This document shows positions 1 to 9,128 of a stretch of DNA of 64,000 nucleotides, one piece after another. The translations under genes and the position numbers were made by a program. Position 1 is the first letter of the stretch; each line of letters begins with the position of its first letter. The stretch is taken from NCBI GenBank assembly GCA_021604525.1, contig BQJD01000013.1, positions 11,055 through 75,054 of the forward strand. Reading direction: 5' to 3'. The stretch is from a marine bacterium B5-7 (GTDB taxonomy: Bacteria > Pseudomonadota > Gammaproteobacteria > Arenicellales > CAJQKF01). The notes beneath the pieces are model-generated. The model saw only the letters and a program-made list of their open reading frames with translations, made no database searches and was not told the origin of the DNA.

Positions 1-561
1 CCATTTAATTTTGACGTGTCCGTGAATAAAAATATCAAGAGCGGCAAATATAACGACGATGAAACCTATGCTGCTGCTCGTCAGGGTGCCGATGCCGACT
101 GGACTCTGTTGCGTTTTAGCATGGATACCATACGCCAATTTGAAAAGCTGACCTTGCGCGGTTATCTGTCTGGACAATATGCAGACGAACCATTGATTGC
201 CGGCGAACAATTCGGTATCGGCGGCGCCAACAGCGTACGTGGATTCAGTGAACGGGAACTCACAGGGGATCGGGGTATTCGCGCCAGTATTGAAGTCGTA
301 TCGCCGAAGTTCGGAAAAGGTTTTGACGTCGGCTGGTTTGTCGACGGCGGTACGGTCGAACGTGTCCAACCGGCTGCTGGAGAATCCGCCAGTGTCGATA
401 TAGTCAGTACAGGAATGCTGCTCAACTGGCAGCCGAATCGACAATGGTTATTACATACGGACTTCGCCTACGTACTGGATATATCCGGTGACGCACCCGT
501 TGGCGGAACACAAGAAGGCGATGAGAGGGTCCATTTCAATGTCACATATTTTAGCGACTAG
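1..561 (+). CDS. TpsB (ShlB/FhaC/HecB family) outer-membrane translocator, 3' part; 5' end lies before the window
   Basis: EQFGIGGANSVRGF matches the Omp85/TpsB loop-6 VRGY/F motif; alternating beta-strand pattern; ends VHFNVTYFSD; precedes a TpsA. Confidence 0.9.
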   Translation, partial: PFNFDVSVNKNIKSGKYNDDETYAAARQGADADWTLLRFSMDTIRQFEKLTLRGYLSGQYADEPLIAGEQFGIGGANSVRGFSERELTGDRGIRASIEVVSPKFGKGFDVGWFVDGGTVERVQPAAGESASVDIVSTGMLLNWQPNRQWLLHTDFAYVLDISGDAPVGGTQEGDERVHFNVTYFSD

Positions 562-562
562 C

Positions 563-1369
563 ATGAATCGTTCAGACACCTCGTTAACAAGGCCTGTCTC
601 TAATGGCTTGATCACTACACTGTGCTGTCTTTTATTGTTGTCCTGGCTCGAGGTCGCCAATGCTTCGGTGCAGATAGGCAGTGTGGTATTCGCCAAGGGA
701 GCTGTATCGGCGCGTAGTACGGAAGGCACGGTTCGCCTTCTGGCCAGGGAAAGCTCTATTTTTGAAAACGATACCATTGCTACAGCCGATAATAGTTTTG
801 CGGTGGTTCGCTTTGCTGATGAGACAAAGATGTCCATTCGACCCAATAGTGAAATCATGATCGAACATTTCAACGAGAAGGTTGGAGAGGAACAAGCAGA
901 ATTCAATCTCCTTAAAGGTGGGCTACGAGCGATTACCGGCGCTATCGGCAAGCGTAATCCTGAAAGCGTTCGCTTTAAAACACGCAAGGCATCTATTGGT
1001 ATTCGCGGCACCGATCTCGCCATTCGGGATTGCGAGGGTACGGAGTGTCAGGAGGAAGAGGAGAGCATGACTGGCTTTGATCCGGTAAAGACCAATTGTG
1101 CCTCATCAGTTGAAGGTCAGCCACCCGGGCTTTACTTTGTATTTACTAAGGGCGCAGGTTACGCCGAAAAAGACGGCAAGAGAGTTGAGTTAGTGGCGAT
1201 TGGTGCGGGCTATGCCAGTAATACGGAGATGTCCTGCTTGAGTCAGGCGCCACGCTTTATTCTCAATGACGAATACCTTGAGAAGATAAACGTCGATTGG
1301 CAGGAGGCCGAGTTTTTCGAGATGCTGGGAATCGACGACGACCAGTTTCCAGCATGCGAGATACTGTAG
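563..1369 (+). CDS. Exported FecR-domain protein
   Basis: ATG at 563, 1 nt after the tpsB stop; hydrophobic signal segment ending ANA; FecR-type motifs DTIATADNSFAVVRFADET, LLKGGLRAITG, ASIGIRGT; Cys-containing C-terminal tail. Confidence 0.85.
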   Translation: MNRSDTSLTRPVSNGLITTLCCLLLLSWLEVANASVQIGSVVFAKGAVSARSTEGTVRLLARESSIFENDTIATADNSFAVVRFADETKMSIRPNSEIMIEHFNEKVGEEQAEFNLLKGGLRAITGAIGKRNPESVRFKTRKASIGIRGTDLAIRDCEGTECQEEEESMTGFDPVKTNCASSVEGQPPGLYFVFTKGAGYAEKDGKRVELVAIGAGYASNTEMSCLSQAPRFILNDEYLEKINVDWQEAEFFEMLGIDDDQFPACEIL

Positions 1370-1466
1370 ATCGAGTTGAACTGTGATGCGATTTCTGTCG
1401 AACAACAGCGTATCGAAATGCAATAAACACATGTCATGGGACGCACCACCTCAGCGAGGTGACATT

Positions 1467-4400
1467 ATGAACAGCAGCCACATAACTTCTCAATCGATGC
1501 ACGATGAACCGAATCGATTCCCCATCAAGTCGATTCTCGCACTGGCCGTGTCGAGTATTATTGCAACACCCGCGGGAGCCAATCCGACGGGGGCGAGCAT
1601 CGCCAATGGTTCGGTTTCGATGTCAGGCAGTGGCCGCGAGCTCAATATAACCAATAGCCCCGGCGCGATCATTAATTGGGACAGCTTCTCGATATCACGC
1701 GACGAGATAACGCGATTCATTCAGCAACACGATGCTTCGGCTGTACTTAACCGTGTCAGCGGCGGCATGCCATCGGAGATACTTGGCAGCCTGTTATCCA
1801 ATGGCCGTGTATTTCTCATTAATCAAAATGGAATCGTATTCGGCGATCATGCCATTGTCGATACTGCCGGATTGGTGGCCTCTTCTCTCAACATGACCGA
1901 TGCCGATTTTCTCGCGGGTAATCTTCGCTTCGCCGATGGTGAAGGCACGGTTGAGAATCGTGGTTATATCCGTGTTCGCGGTGGCGGCAATATCATGTTG
2001 ATTGCGCCTAACGTAACCAATTCCGGCATTATTCGTGCTGACGATGGAAGTGTGTTATTAGCCGCCGGTCGCGACATTGTTATAGAAAGCCTCGACTTCG
2101 AACATATCCGTTTCAGGATTCAGGCGCCTGAAGATACGGTGCTGAACCTTGGCCGGATTATTACCACCAACGGCATTGCCGCATTGTTCGCGGGGACCCT
2201 CAGTCATCAGGGTGTAATCCAGGCGCGTAGTGTTAGTCGCGATGCCGCAGGCAGGGTTCATCTTGAGGCGTCATCGAGCGTATCAGTCAGTGGCGAGATC
2301 GATGTGAGTGGTCATCAAATCGGTGGCGATGTGGCAATTACCGGTCGCGATGTGGTGCTTGAAGCAGCGCGTATCGATGCATCCGGTGATCAAGGAGGTG
2401 GCCGTGTTCGAATCGGTGGTGACTACCAGGGCAAGGGCGATCTGGCCCGATCGGATCGTACCCGGCTCGACGCCGCAACGCGGATCAATGCCGATGCTCG
2501 TGTTGCCGGAGATGGCGGTGAAGTCATCGTCTGGTCTGACGGCGATACTGACACTCGCGCGTTATTGACTGCACGCGGCGGTGCTACAGGGGGTGACGGC
2601 GGTCTGGTCGAAACCTCTGGCAAAGGAACGTTGGCATTTGGTCAGCCGGCTGATGTCAGTGCACCGGCCGGTGCTGGTGGAACCTGGTTGCTGGATCCTG
2701 AAGACATCACCATCGGCGATGCTGAAGCAGAGTCCATCAGCACAGCCTTGAACACGGGCAGTAATGTCGCGGTCAAGACCAGTGACGATGGCGATGGTGA
2801 AGGCAACATTGCTGTTAACTCGGCTATTGCCAAGACTGAGGGTGAAGATGCAGCCCTGTCCATGGATGCGCATAATCGTATTGACGTCAACGCGCCGATT
2901 ACCTCGACCTCCGGCAAACTCGATGTCAGCCTGAAAGCAGGCGGTGCCGTTCATGTTAATGCCGGTATCGATACTAACGGAGGCAACTTTTCCCAGGTTA
3001 TCACCCAGCTTGCACTTGAGATTAACGAAGATAATCAACCGTCTGACGAAACTGATTCAAGCGATGTTGGTGATCTGCCGGACAGTAGTCAGGCGCAAGA
3101 TCCTGCTGTTGAGACAGTTGTTGATACGAGTGTCCAAGTCGATTCGGATACTACAGAATCAGATGCTGTTCCTGTCGATGAAATTGTTGAAGCCGTTGAC
3201 CCTGTAGTCCCGGAAGTTACTGAACCCACCCAGGAAGTGCTTGCCGCTGGACTGGATGCATTCAAGCAGGACCTTGAGATTCTTGTAGACGCCGAGATTA
3301 AAACAGGCGGTGGCGACATTACCGTCGATGCCGGATCGAGTGGAACGGCCGGTGTGTTCGAGAACCTCGATGCCTCCAATGAAAATGGCGTTGGCGGAAC
3401 CGTACATATTCTGGGCGAGAATGTCGGCGTGTTCGAAGATGCACGCGTGGATGCGTCCGGGCGTGACGGTGGCGGCGAGATATTGATCGGTGGCGATCAA
3501 ACCGGCTCAAACCCGGATATACCCAATTCACGCGGCGTGATCATCGCGCCCAATGCCGAAATCGTCTCAGATGCCACCGGCAACGGCGATGGCGGCAAGG
3601 TCATTGTCTACGCCGATCACACTGCCAGTATTCTCGGACGGATTTCCGCCCGGGGCGGTATTGAAGGCGGCAACGGTGGATTTGTCGAGACATCCGGAAA
3701 AGTAAATCTGAACGTCACGCAAGCGCCGGACATTAGTGCGCCACAAGGTCAGGGTGGAACATGGCTGATCGATCCGTACGATCTGACCATTAATAATGGT
3801 GGTCCGAGTGCAAATTACGACTACACGGAAGCATACGGCGGAAATTACACCTTTATCGGTAATGCCACAGGTGCGGTGCTCGATGTTGCCACGTTGTATA
3901 AAGGGCTCGCCTATGGCGGCACTGTCATCCTCTATGCCAACGGCGTTCCGGGGGGTGAAGACGGTGATATTAACTGGGAAGCCGACCTCGATTTTTTCTA
4001 TGTGTACAATTCTTACGGTCAGGCGAATACGCCAAATCTGTATCTGTATGCAGACAACGACATAAACTTCAGCGGCGCGATTAATCGTTATGGGGGTACT
4101 ACCGCTGGCATCACCAATCTGAAATTCATCGCCGACGATGATCTTAATGGCAGTGGTGGTATCAACATCTTGGGCGGTGCTGTGGGGGAGGATACTCGCA
4201 TCCAGATTGATGGCGATTTTATTGCACGCGGTGCCTTCTTCGATATGGACGGAGGTGCGTATGAATCTCAGGATACATCGATTGTCGCTGGTGGTGATGT
4301 TGATATCCAGGTTTCTGGCGCTGTTTCGATTACTGGGGGATCTGAAAAATATACGGGCGCCCTGATTGAATCTCGTGGTGACATGACCATCACAGGCGCC

Positions 4401-7400
4401 TCTGTCAGTGTTCTCGGTGGTTCCGGGGAATCCGCCGATGCATCACTGAGAATGAATTCAGACAATGCAGTTGCAACACAGACCATCACCGCAACAGCCG
4501 GTGATATACATGTCGAAGGTGGTTCTTACACGGGCGGTTATGGGGGTAGGGCTGAGATCAGTGCACAACATAGCGGCAGCGCCACTATGGAAAAACTATA
4601 CCAGACACTGATTGCATCCAACAATGTTACGGTGAAGGGTGGCAGCGGTTATAACGCCCAGGCTAGCGTACGTCTGAATTCTTATAATGAAAACCAGGTC
4701 GCAACCCAGAGCGTGACTGCAACCGGCGGAGCCCTCACGGTCGATGGTGGAACAGGATATGGATATTCAGGGTACGGATATGGTAGTTATTCCACGGCCG
4801 AGATATATGCCTATCACCAGGCATTTGCATATTTCGGTTCAGCAAATCTCTCGTTTAACCAGTCGCTGACTGGCGCATCGGTCAATATTCTTGGTGGCAG
4901 TGATAATTACGCCTCTGCTCGGGTGTGGATGTATTCAACAGATAACTTCGCTAATTCGCGAGTTACTACGGGTACACAGAGTGTTACCGCAACCGCAGGC
5001 GACATTACGGTTCAAGGTGGCTCTGCCAGTAACACATATGCAGAAGTCTATGCTGACCAGTTGGATGGCACCATAGCTTCCTCACTGAATCAGACGTTAT
5101 TGGCATCGTCAAACGTCAACGTGACAGGCGGTTCGGGTGATGATGCGTCTGCGACTGTAAGTATCGGTAGATCTAATGATTCGGTATCTGTTGATCAAGT
5201 CACCCAGAGCGTTACGGCCACTGGCGGCGCGATTACTATCGAGGGTGGCTCGGGTTACGACAGTTATGCTGAGGTCAGTGTCAATCATGGAGGGTACGGT
5301 AACCCATCAACCAATCAAACCTTGAGCGCAACAGCCATCAATGTACTGGGTGGTTCCGAGAGGTCAGCGTCTGCCCGTGTGGTAATGGATTCGAATTCCT
5401 ACACGGCAACTCAAAGTATTACCGCGACTTCGGGCGATATCACCGTCACAGGTGGGTCGTATGATTCTGGTTCACCGTATAACGGCTCTTATGCAGAGAT
5501 CTTTGCCAGTCATAAATATGGTTCAAGTACTGGATCCACCTTCTATCAGACACTCGGGGCCTCGGCAAATATCGTTGTCACAGGTGGTGTCGGTGATCAT
5601 GGATGGGCTAGTGTTGCGATGCAGGGCAGCGGGGGAGGAACCACAACCCAGGGTGTGACCGCTACCGCAGGCAACATTACCGTCGAGGGGGGTTCGGGTT
5701 ACGCTGCTTTTGGTCAAATATTTGCAGAGAGTAAGTATGCGTCCAATTATGCAGAGAATGCATTGAATCAGACATTGTCAGCCAGGGGCGTCAACGTCAT
5801 TGGCGGTTCCAATACCTACGCCTCTGCCGGCGTGCGGATGACCGCTGATGATTCATCCAGAGGTTATTACGGACCGTCATATGCTACCCAGAGCGTGACC
5901 GCCACAGCGGGTAACATTCGCATCGAAGGTGGCTCAGCAGCACATGCCAATGCAGATATCGGCGCCAATCAACGACGATCCGGATACGCTTATGCCTATG
6001 GATACGGTACCTATACCTATAATACATACCTGGCACAGACACTCGATGCATCTGGAGACATCGTACTTCAGGCAGGCTCGTCCGCAGATGCATCAGCGCG
6101 CGTTAACCTGAACCAATATGTCACCATGAGGCATACGGATTCGCCTGGTTATGATTCAACTTTTATCGTGAATGCGAACGCTACGCAGATGTTGAACGCC
6201 AGCGGCAACATCAACGTACTGGGCAGTAATACCGCTGCTGTGGGTGCACAGGTTGAATTCACCCAGACTATCGAAAGGGATGGTTTTACAAACAACGCGG
6301 GAACTGAGTGGCAGTCCAACTTTCTCGGCGGGCAATATGTACAGGCGGGTGGAAACGTAAACGTTACATCAGGCACCAATTCCGGTGGCTATGCCGGTAT
6401 CGATCCGCAGGTGACACTCGAGACGATCTATCCTGATAGCGCACCGTTTCTGCCGCAACAATCGGTTACAGTTGGCACCAAACAGGAAATTCGTGCGGGT
6501 TACGATACTGCCGTACCGGGTGCAATAAATGTGACTGCCAACGGCGGCAATGCATTCATTACCACGGGTTCGACGTATCGATCAGTACTCAATAAATATG
6601 GCACTAACTATTTGACAACAGGTTACGGCAATGACCAATTGATTGAAGCGGATACGCTTAATGTGTTGTCCGAAACTGCGTCCGGGGCGATTGCTGAAAT
6701 CGTGCTCAATGATGGTGCTTATTACAACAGCACGTTTTATACGCCGACCGCCTATCAGGACATCGATGTATTCGGTTCAGCCGCTGTTCGTTCTGCCAAT
6801 GGCGGTATTGCACGCATTCTAAATTACGGCCTGACCGGTTCCATTGATATTGCAGGCAATCTTGCGCTTCACGAGGCGGATGAAACCAGTCAAACCGTGA
6901 TTCAGTTAAGCAACCAGGATGAACCAGGTTCGACCGGTGCATTGAATGTGCTGGGCGCAGTCGATTTCCTGGGTTCGCCGCAAATTATCAGTAACGATAC
7001 GGTGACATTTACCAGTATCACCGGTTCGGGGACGGTGGGTGCTTCCGATATTGCAATCTCCGGAGAACTCGCACCCGGTAACTCACCGGGCGTACTGTTT
7101 TTCCCCGGTAACCTGACATTACTCCCCGGCTCCAATTCCACGTTTGAGATTGGCGGTACACCGGTAAGTGGTTTGTTTGACCGGGTTAACGTAGCCGGGA
7201 CGGCCACACTGGACGGTAACATGGTTGTCGTCTTGATCAATGGGTATACGCCGGACGGGATGCTGCAATACGACCTGATCAGCGCGAACAATCTCACCGG
7301 TGGATTCACTACATTTTCTGGACCGGGATTTGGAGAAGGTCAAGCCCCGCCGACCACTTACTTCGTCACCTCGACGGGTGTGCCGCCAACACAGCCACCT

Positions 7401-7655
7401 GGCTCAACGCCAACAATTCCCGATGGTTTTCTTCCCGGAATTCCGACGATACCGGCGATTTCGAATGGACCACAACCAACAACACCTGGAATTCCTGTGA
7501 TACCTGGTGCCAATCCCGTTATTCCGGAGGATACTTTTTCAACACCATTAATCAGCGAGATTCTGACGTTGCTTGATATTCCTTTTACGGAAACGCCGGA
7601 AGATCGGCTTGAGGAGAAACTGAAAACGATTGGCCTTTGTACCGCCAGTAATTAG
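1467..7655 (+). CDS. TpsA filamentous-haemagglutinin-like exoprotein/adhesin (~2,060 aa)
   Basis: GAGGTG RBS before ATG 1467; signal peptide ending AGA-NPTG; TPS domain motifs IINWDSFSI, VLNRVSGG, GRVFLINQNG; long Gly-rich beta-helix repeats. Confidence 0.92.
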   Translation: MNSSHITSQSMHDEPNRFPIKSILALAVSSIIATPAGANPTGASIANGSVSMSGSGRELNITNSPGAIINWDSFSISRDEITRFIQQHDASAVLNRVSGGMPSEILGSLLSNGRVFLINQNGIVFGDHAIVDTAGLVASSLNMTDADFLAGNLRFADGEGTVENRGYIRVRGGGNIMLIAPNVTNSGIIRADDGSVLLAAGRDIVIESLDFEHIRFRIQAPEDTVLNLGRIITTNGIAALFAGTLSHQGVIQARSVSRDAAGRVHLEASSSVSVSGEIDVSGHQIGGDVAITGRDVVLEAARIDASGDQGGGRVRIGGDYQGKGDLARSDRTRLDAATRINADARVAGDGGEVIVWSDGDTDTRALLTARGGATGGDGGLVETSGKGTLAFGQPADVSAPAGAGGTWLLDPEDITIGDAEAESISTALNTGSNVAVKTSDDGDGEGNIAVNSAIAKTEGEDAALSMDAHNRIDVNAPITSTSGKLDVSLKAGGAVHVNAGIDTNGGNFSQVITQLALEINEDNQPSDETDSSDVGDLPDSSQAQDPAVETVVDTSVQVDSDTTESDAVPVDEIVEAVDPVVPEVTEPTQEVLAAGLDAFKQDLEILVDAEIKTGGGDITVDAGSSGTAGVFENLDASNENGVGGTVHILGENVGVFEDARVDASGRDGGGEILIGGDQTGSNPDIPNSRGVIIAPNAEIVSDATGNGDGGKVIVYADHTASILGRISARGGIEGGNGGFVETSGKVNLNVTQAPDISAPQGQGGTWLIDPYDLTINNGGPSANYDYTEAYGGNYTFIGNATGAVLDVATLYKGLAYGGTVILYANGVPGGEDGDINWEADLDFFYVYNSYGQANTPNLYLYADNDINFSGAINRYGGTTAGITNLKFIADDDLNGSGGINILGGAVGEDTRIQIDGDFIARGAFFDMDGGAYESQDTSIVAGGDVDIQVSGAVSITGGSEKYTGALIESRGDMTITGASVSVLGGSGESADASLRMNSDNAVATQTITATAGDIHVEGGSYTGGYGGRAEISAQHSGSATMEKLYQTLIASNNVTVKGGSGYNAQASVRLNSYNENQVATQSVTATGGALTVDGGTGYGYSGYGYGSYSTAEIYAYHQAFAYFGSANLSFNQSLTGASVNILGGSDNYASARVWMYSTDNFANSRVTTGTQSVTATAGDITVQGGSASNTYAEVYADQLDGTIASSLNQTLLASSNVNVTGGSGDDASATVSIGRSNDSVSVDQVTQSVTATGGAITIEGGSGYDSYAEVSVNHGGYGNPSTNQTLSATAINVLGGSERSASARVVMDSNSYTATQSITATSGDITVTGGSYDSGSPYNGSYAEIFASHKYGSSTGSTFYQTLGASANIVVTGGVGDHGWASVAMQGSGGGTTTQGVTATAGNITVEGGSGYAAFGQIFAESKYASNYAENALNQTLSARGVNVIGGSNTYASAGVRMTADDSSRGYYGPSYATQSVTATAGNIRIEGGSAAHANADIGANQRRSGYAYAYGYGTYTYNTYLAQTLDASGDIVLQAGSSADASARVNLNQYVTMRHTDSPGYDSTFIVNANATQMLNASGNINVLGSNTAAVGAQVEFTQTIERDGFTNNAGTEWQSNFLGGQYVQAGGNVNVTSGTNSGGYAGIDPQVTLETIYPDSAPFLPQQSVTVGTKQEIRAGYDTAVPGAINVTANGGNAFITTGSTYRSVLNKYGTNYLTTGYGNDQLIEADTLNVLSETASGAIAEIVLNDGAYYNSTFYTPTAYQDIDVFGSAAVRSANGGIARILNYGLTGSIDIAGNLALHEADETSQTVIQLSNQDEPGSTGALNVLGAVDFLGSPQIISNDTVTFTSITGSGTVGASDIAISGELAPGNSPGVLFFPGNLTLLPGSNSTFEIGGTPVSGLFDRVNVAGTATLDGNMVVVLINGYTPDGMLQYDLISANNLTGGFTTFSGPGFGEGQAPPTTYFVTSTGVPPTQPPGSTPTIPDGFLPGIPTIPAISNGPQPTTPGIPVIPGANPVIPEDTFSTPLISEILTLLDIPFTETPEDRLEEKLKTIGLCTASN
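4476..6230 (+). repeat. Seven degenerate ~70-90 aa tandem repeats within TpsA
   Basis: TQ(S/T/G)(V/I)TAT(A/G/S)G(D/A/N)(I/L)xxxGG(S/T) recurs near 4476, 4704, 4974, 5202, 5409, 5646 and 5886, alternating with a degenerate Q(T/S)Lx(A/G)...GG half-repeat. Confidence 0.85.
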
Positions 7656-7729
7656 TTAGTGGCTGGTAACTGTTAGTTTACGATGATGGTTACTTAGTTG
7701 CCTTTTGGGGTTGGTTATCGGGATAGCAT

Positions 7730-7758
7730 TGTGCTGACTCAATCTGCGAGTCAGCACA
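7730..7758. terminator. Perfect 11-bp hairpin downstream of tpsA (terminator or RNA-stabilising stem)
   Basis: TGTGCTGACTC-AATCTGC-GAGTCAGCACA; no U-tract follows, so read-through is possible. Confidence 0.5.
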
Positions 7759-7801
7759 GACTCCCGCATGTTCTTGTTAAACGGTTAAACTTCACCTTTT
7801 A

Positions 7802-8650
7802 ATGACCCGCCTTAAGCGGGTCGCGTTTTTTAAGGATCATGCAAGTACCGTGCTCGCCTTCGTACACATTCAAAAAACCGCCGGCCAGACTTTGCGGGCA
7901 TTATTACGCCGTCATTTCGGCACCCGTCATTGTGATGTATATCGCTCCTACGATGCCATTCAAATGGATGAGGAGGTATGGCGCTGGATCAGACGATGCT
8001 ATCCGAAACTCGAAAGCATCGGCGGCCATTCGGTCGCACCACGCGATAGTTTCCTCGATATTGACGGTATTCGATTTTTTACATTCTTAAGGGACCCGAA
8101 ACGGCGTACGCTTTCTCACTATCAATATCTGGTGAGTCGCGGCACGGTCACGGAGCCATTCAATCAATGGGCCGAAGCGAATATAAATCGACAAACACGT
8201 GCCCTGGCGGGTGCGGATCATGTTGAGCAGGCAATCGAGGTGCTGGAAACCCGTATTGGTTTTACCGGCCTGATGGAGTCGTTCGACGAATCATTGTTAC
8301 TTTGGAAGAATTGGCTTCAAATAACCGATTTCGATATCCGGTATCAATCGGTTAATGTTGCGTCATCAAACGATATACGTGAAGCGGTGTTGGAGAATTC
8401 GAGGTCCGTGGAAATTCTCGATGAGATGAATCGTAACGACCAGGTGCTATACGAGTATGTTGTGGAGAATATTTATCCGCGCCAAATCAAGGCCTATGAT
8501 TCTGATATTTCCGATGACCTGGCAGCATTCAGGAAATCATTCGCAAGTGCCAGCAATCAATCTTTAAAACAACTGACCGGACAGCTTAAGCGGAACCTGG
8601 TCTTCAGGCCGGGATTCAAGAAGATTCTGCGCAATCAAAAAAAGCGTTGA
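7802..8650 (+). CDS. PAPS-dependent sulfotransferase (Sulfotransfer_2-like)
   Basis: FVHIQKTAGQT (5'-PSB loop), FTFLRDPxxRxLSHY (3'-PB motif), late NRNDxxLY motif; no signal peptide. Confidence 0.85.
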   Translation: MTRLKRVAFFKDHASTVLAFVHIQKTAGQTLRALLRRHFGTRHCDVYRSYDAIQMDEEVWRWIRRCYPKLESIGGHSVAPRDSFLDIDGIRFFTFLRDPKRRTLSHYQYLVSRGTVTEPFNQWAEANINRQTRALAGADHVEQAIEVLETRIGFTGLMESFDESLLLWKNWLQITDFDIRYQSVNVASSNDIREAVLENSRSVEILDEMNRNDQVLYEYVVENIYPRQIKAYDSDISDDLAAFRKSFASASNQSLKQLTGQLKRNLVFRPGFKKILRNQKKR

Positions 8651-8699
8651 GCGGCCGACTGACGGTTGCCCGTCGTTCGACCGCCATGACACGTGAAAG

Positions 8700-9128
8700 T
8701 CAGACGATTTCCACTAATTCAATATCGAAAGTCAACGCTTCGCCGGCAAGCGGATTATTTCCGTCGACAGTAATTGTTTCGTCTTCTACTGCAACAACCA
8801 GTAGCTTTACTGTCTGGCCGTCAGGGCCTTGCGCCTGCAAAGGCATGCCCACAGAAGGATTCAGATCCTCAGGCAAGGCATCCTTCGGGATGTTCTGTAA
8901 TAACTGCTCGTCACGCTGACCATAGGCATCGTCCGCTTCAATCCGGACAGTCTTGTTCTCACCAACTTGCATACCCTCCACAGCCACATCGAATCCGTTG
9001 ATGAGTTGCCCGCTACCAAGCTCAAATTTGAGTGGATCACGTTCAACTGATGTGTCGAATTGGGTGCCGTCGTCGAGCTTGCCGGTGTAATGTACGCGTA
9101 CTGTATCGCCTGATTTTGCCTGGCTCAT
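8700..9128 (-). CDS. FKBP-type peptidyl-prolyl isomerase (SlyD/SlpA-like, no His-rich tail)
   Basis: VRVHYTGKLDDGTQFDTS, AYG, VDGNNPLAGEALTFDIEL; start MSQAKSGD after a GAGG RBS. Confidence 0.92.
   Translation of the reverse strand: MSQAKSGDTVRVHYTGKLDDGTQFDTSVERDPLKFELGSGQLINGFDVAVEGMQVGENKTVRIEADDAYGQRDEQLLQNIPKDALPEDLNPSVGMPLQAQGPDGQTVKLLVVAVEDETITVDGNNPLAGEALTFDIELVEIV

Noticed and set aside
1355-1369. CaaX prenylation motif (CEIL) at the end of the FecR protein
   Set aside because: The protein is predicted to be periplasmic with no evidence of host delivery; a disulfide role is more parsimonious.
4476-6230. CRISPR array or DNA-level tandem repeat
   Set aside because: The repeats are degenerate, in frame and conserved only at the protein level.
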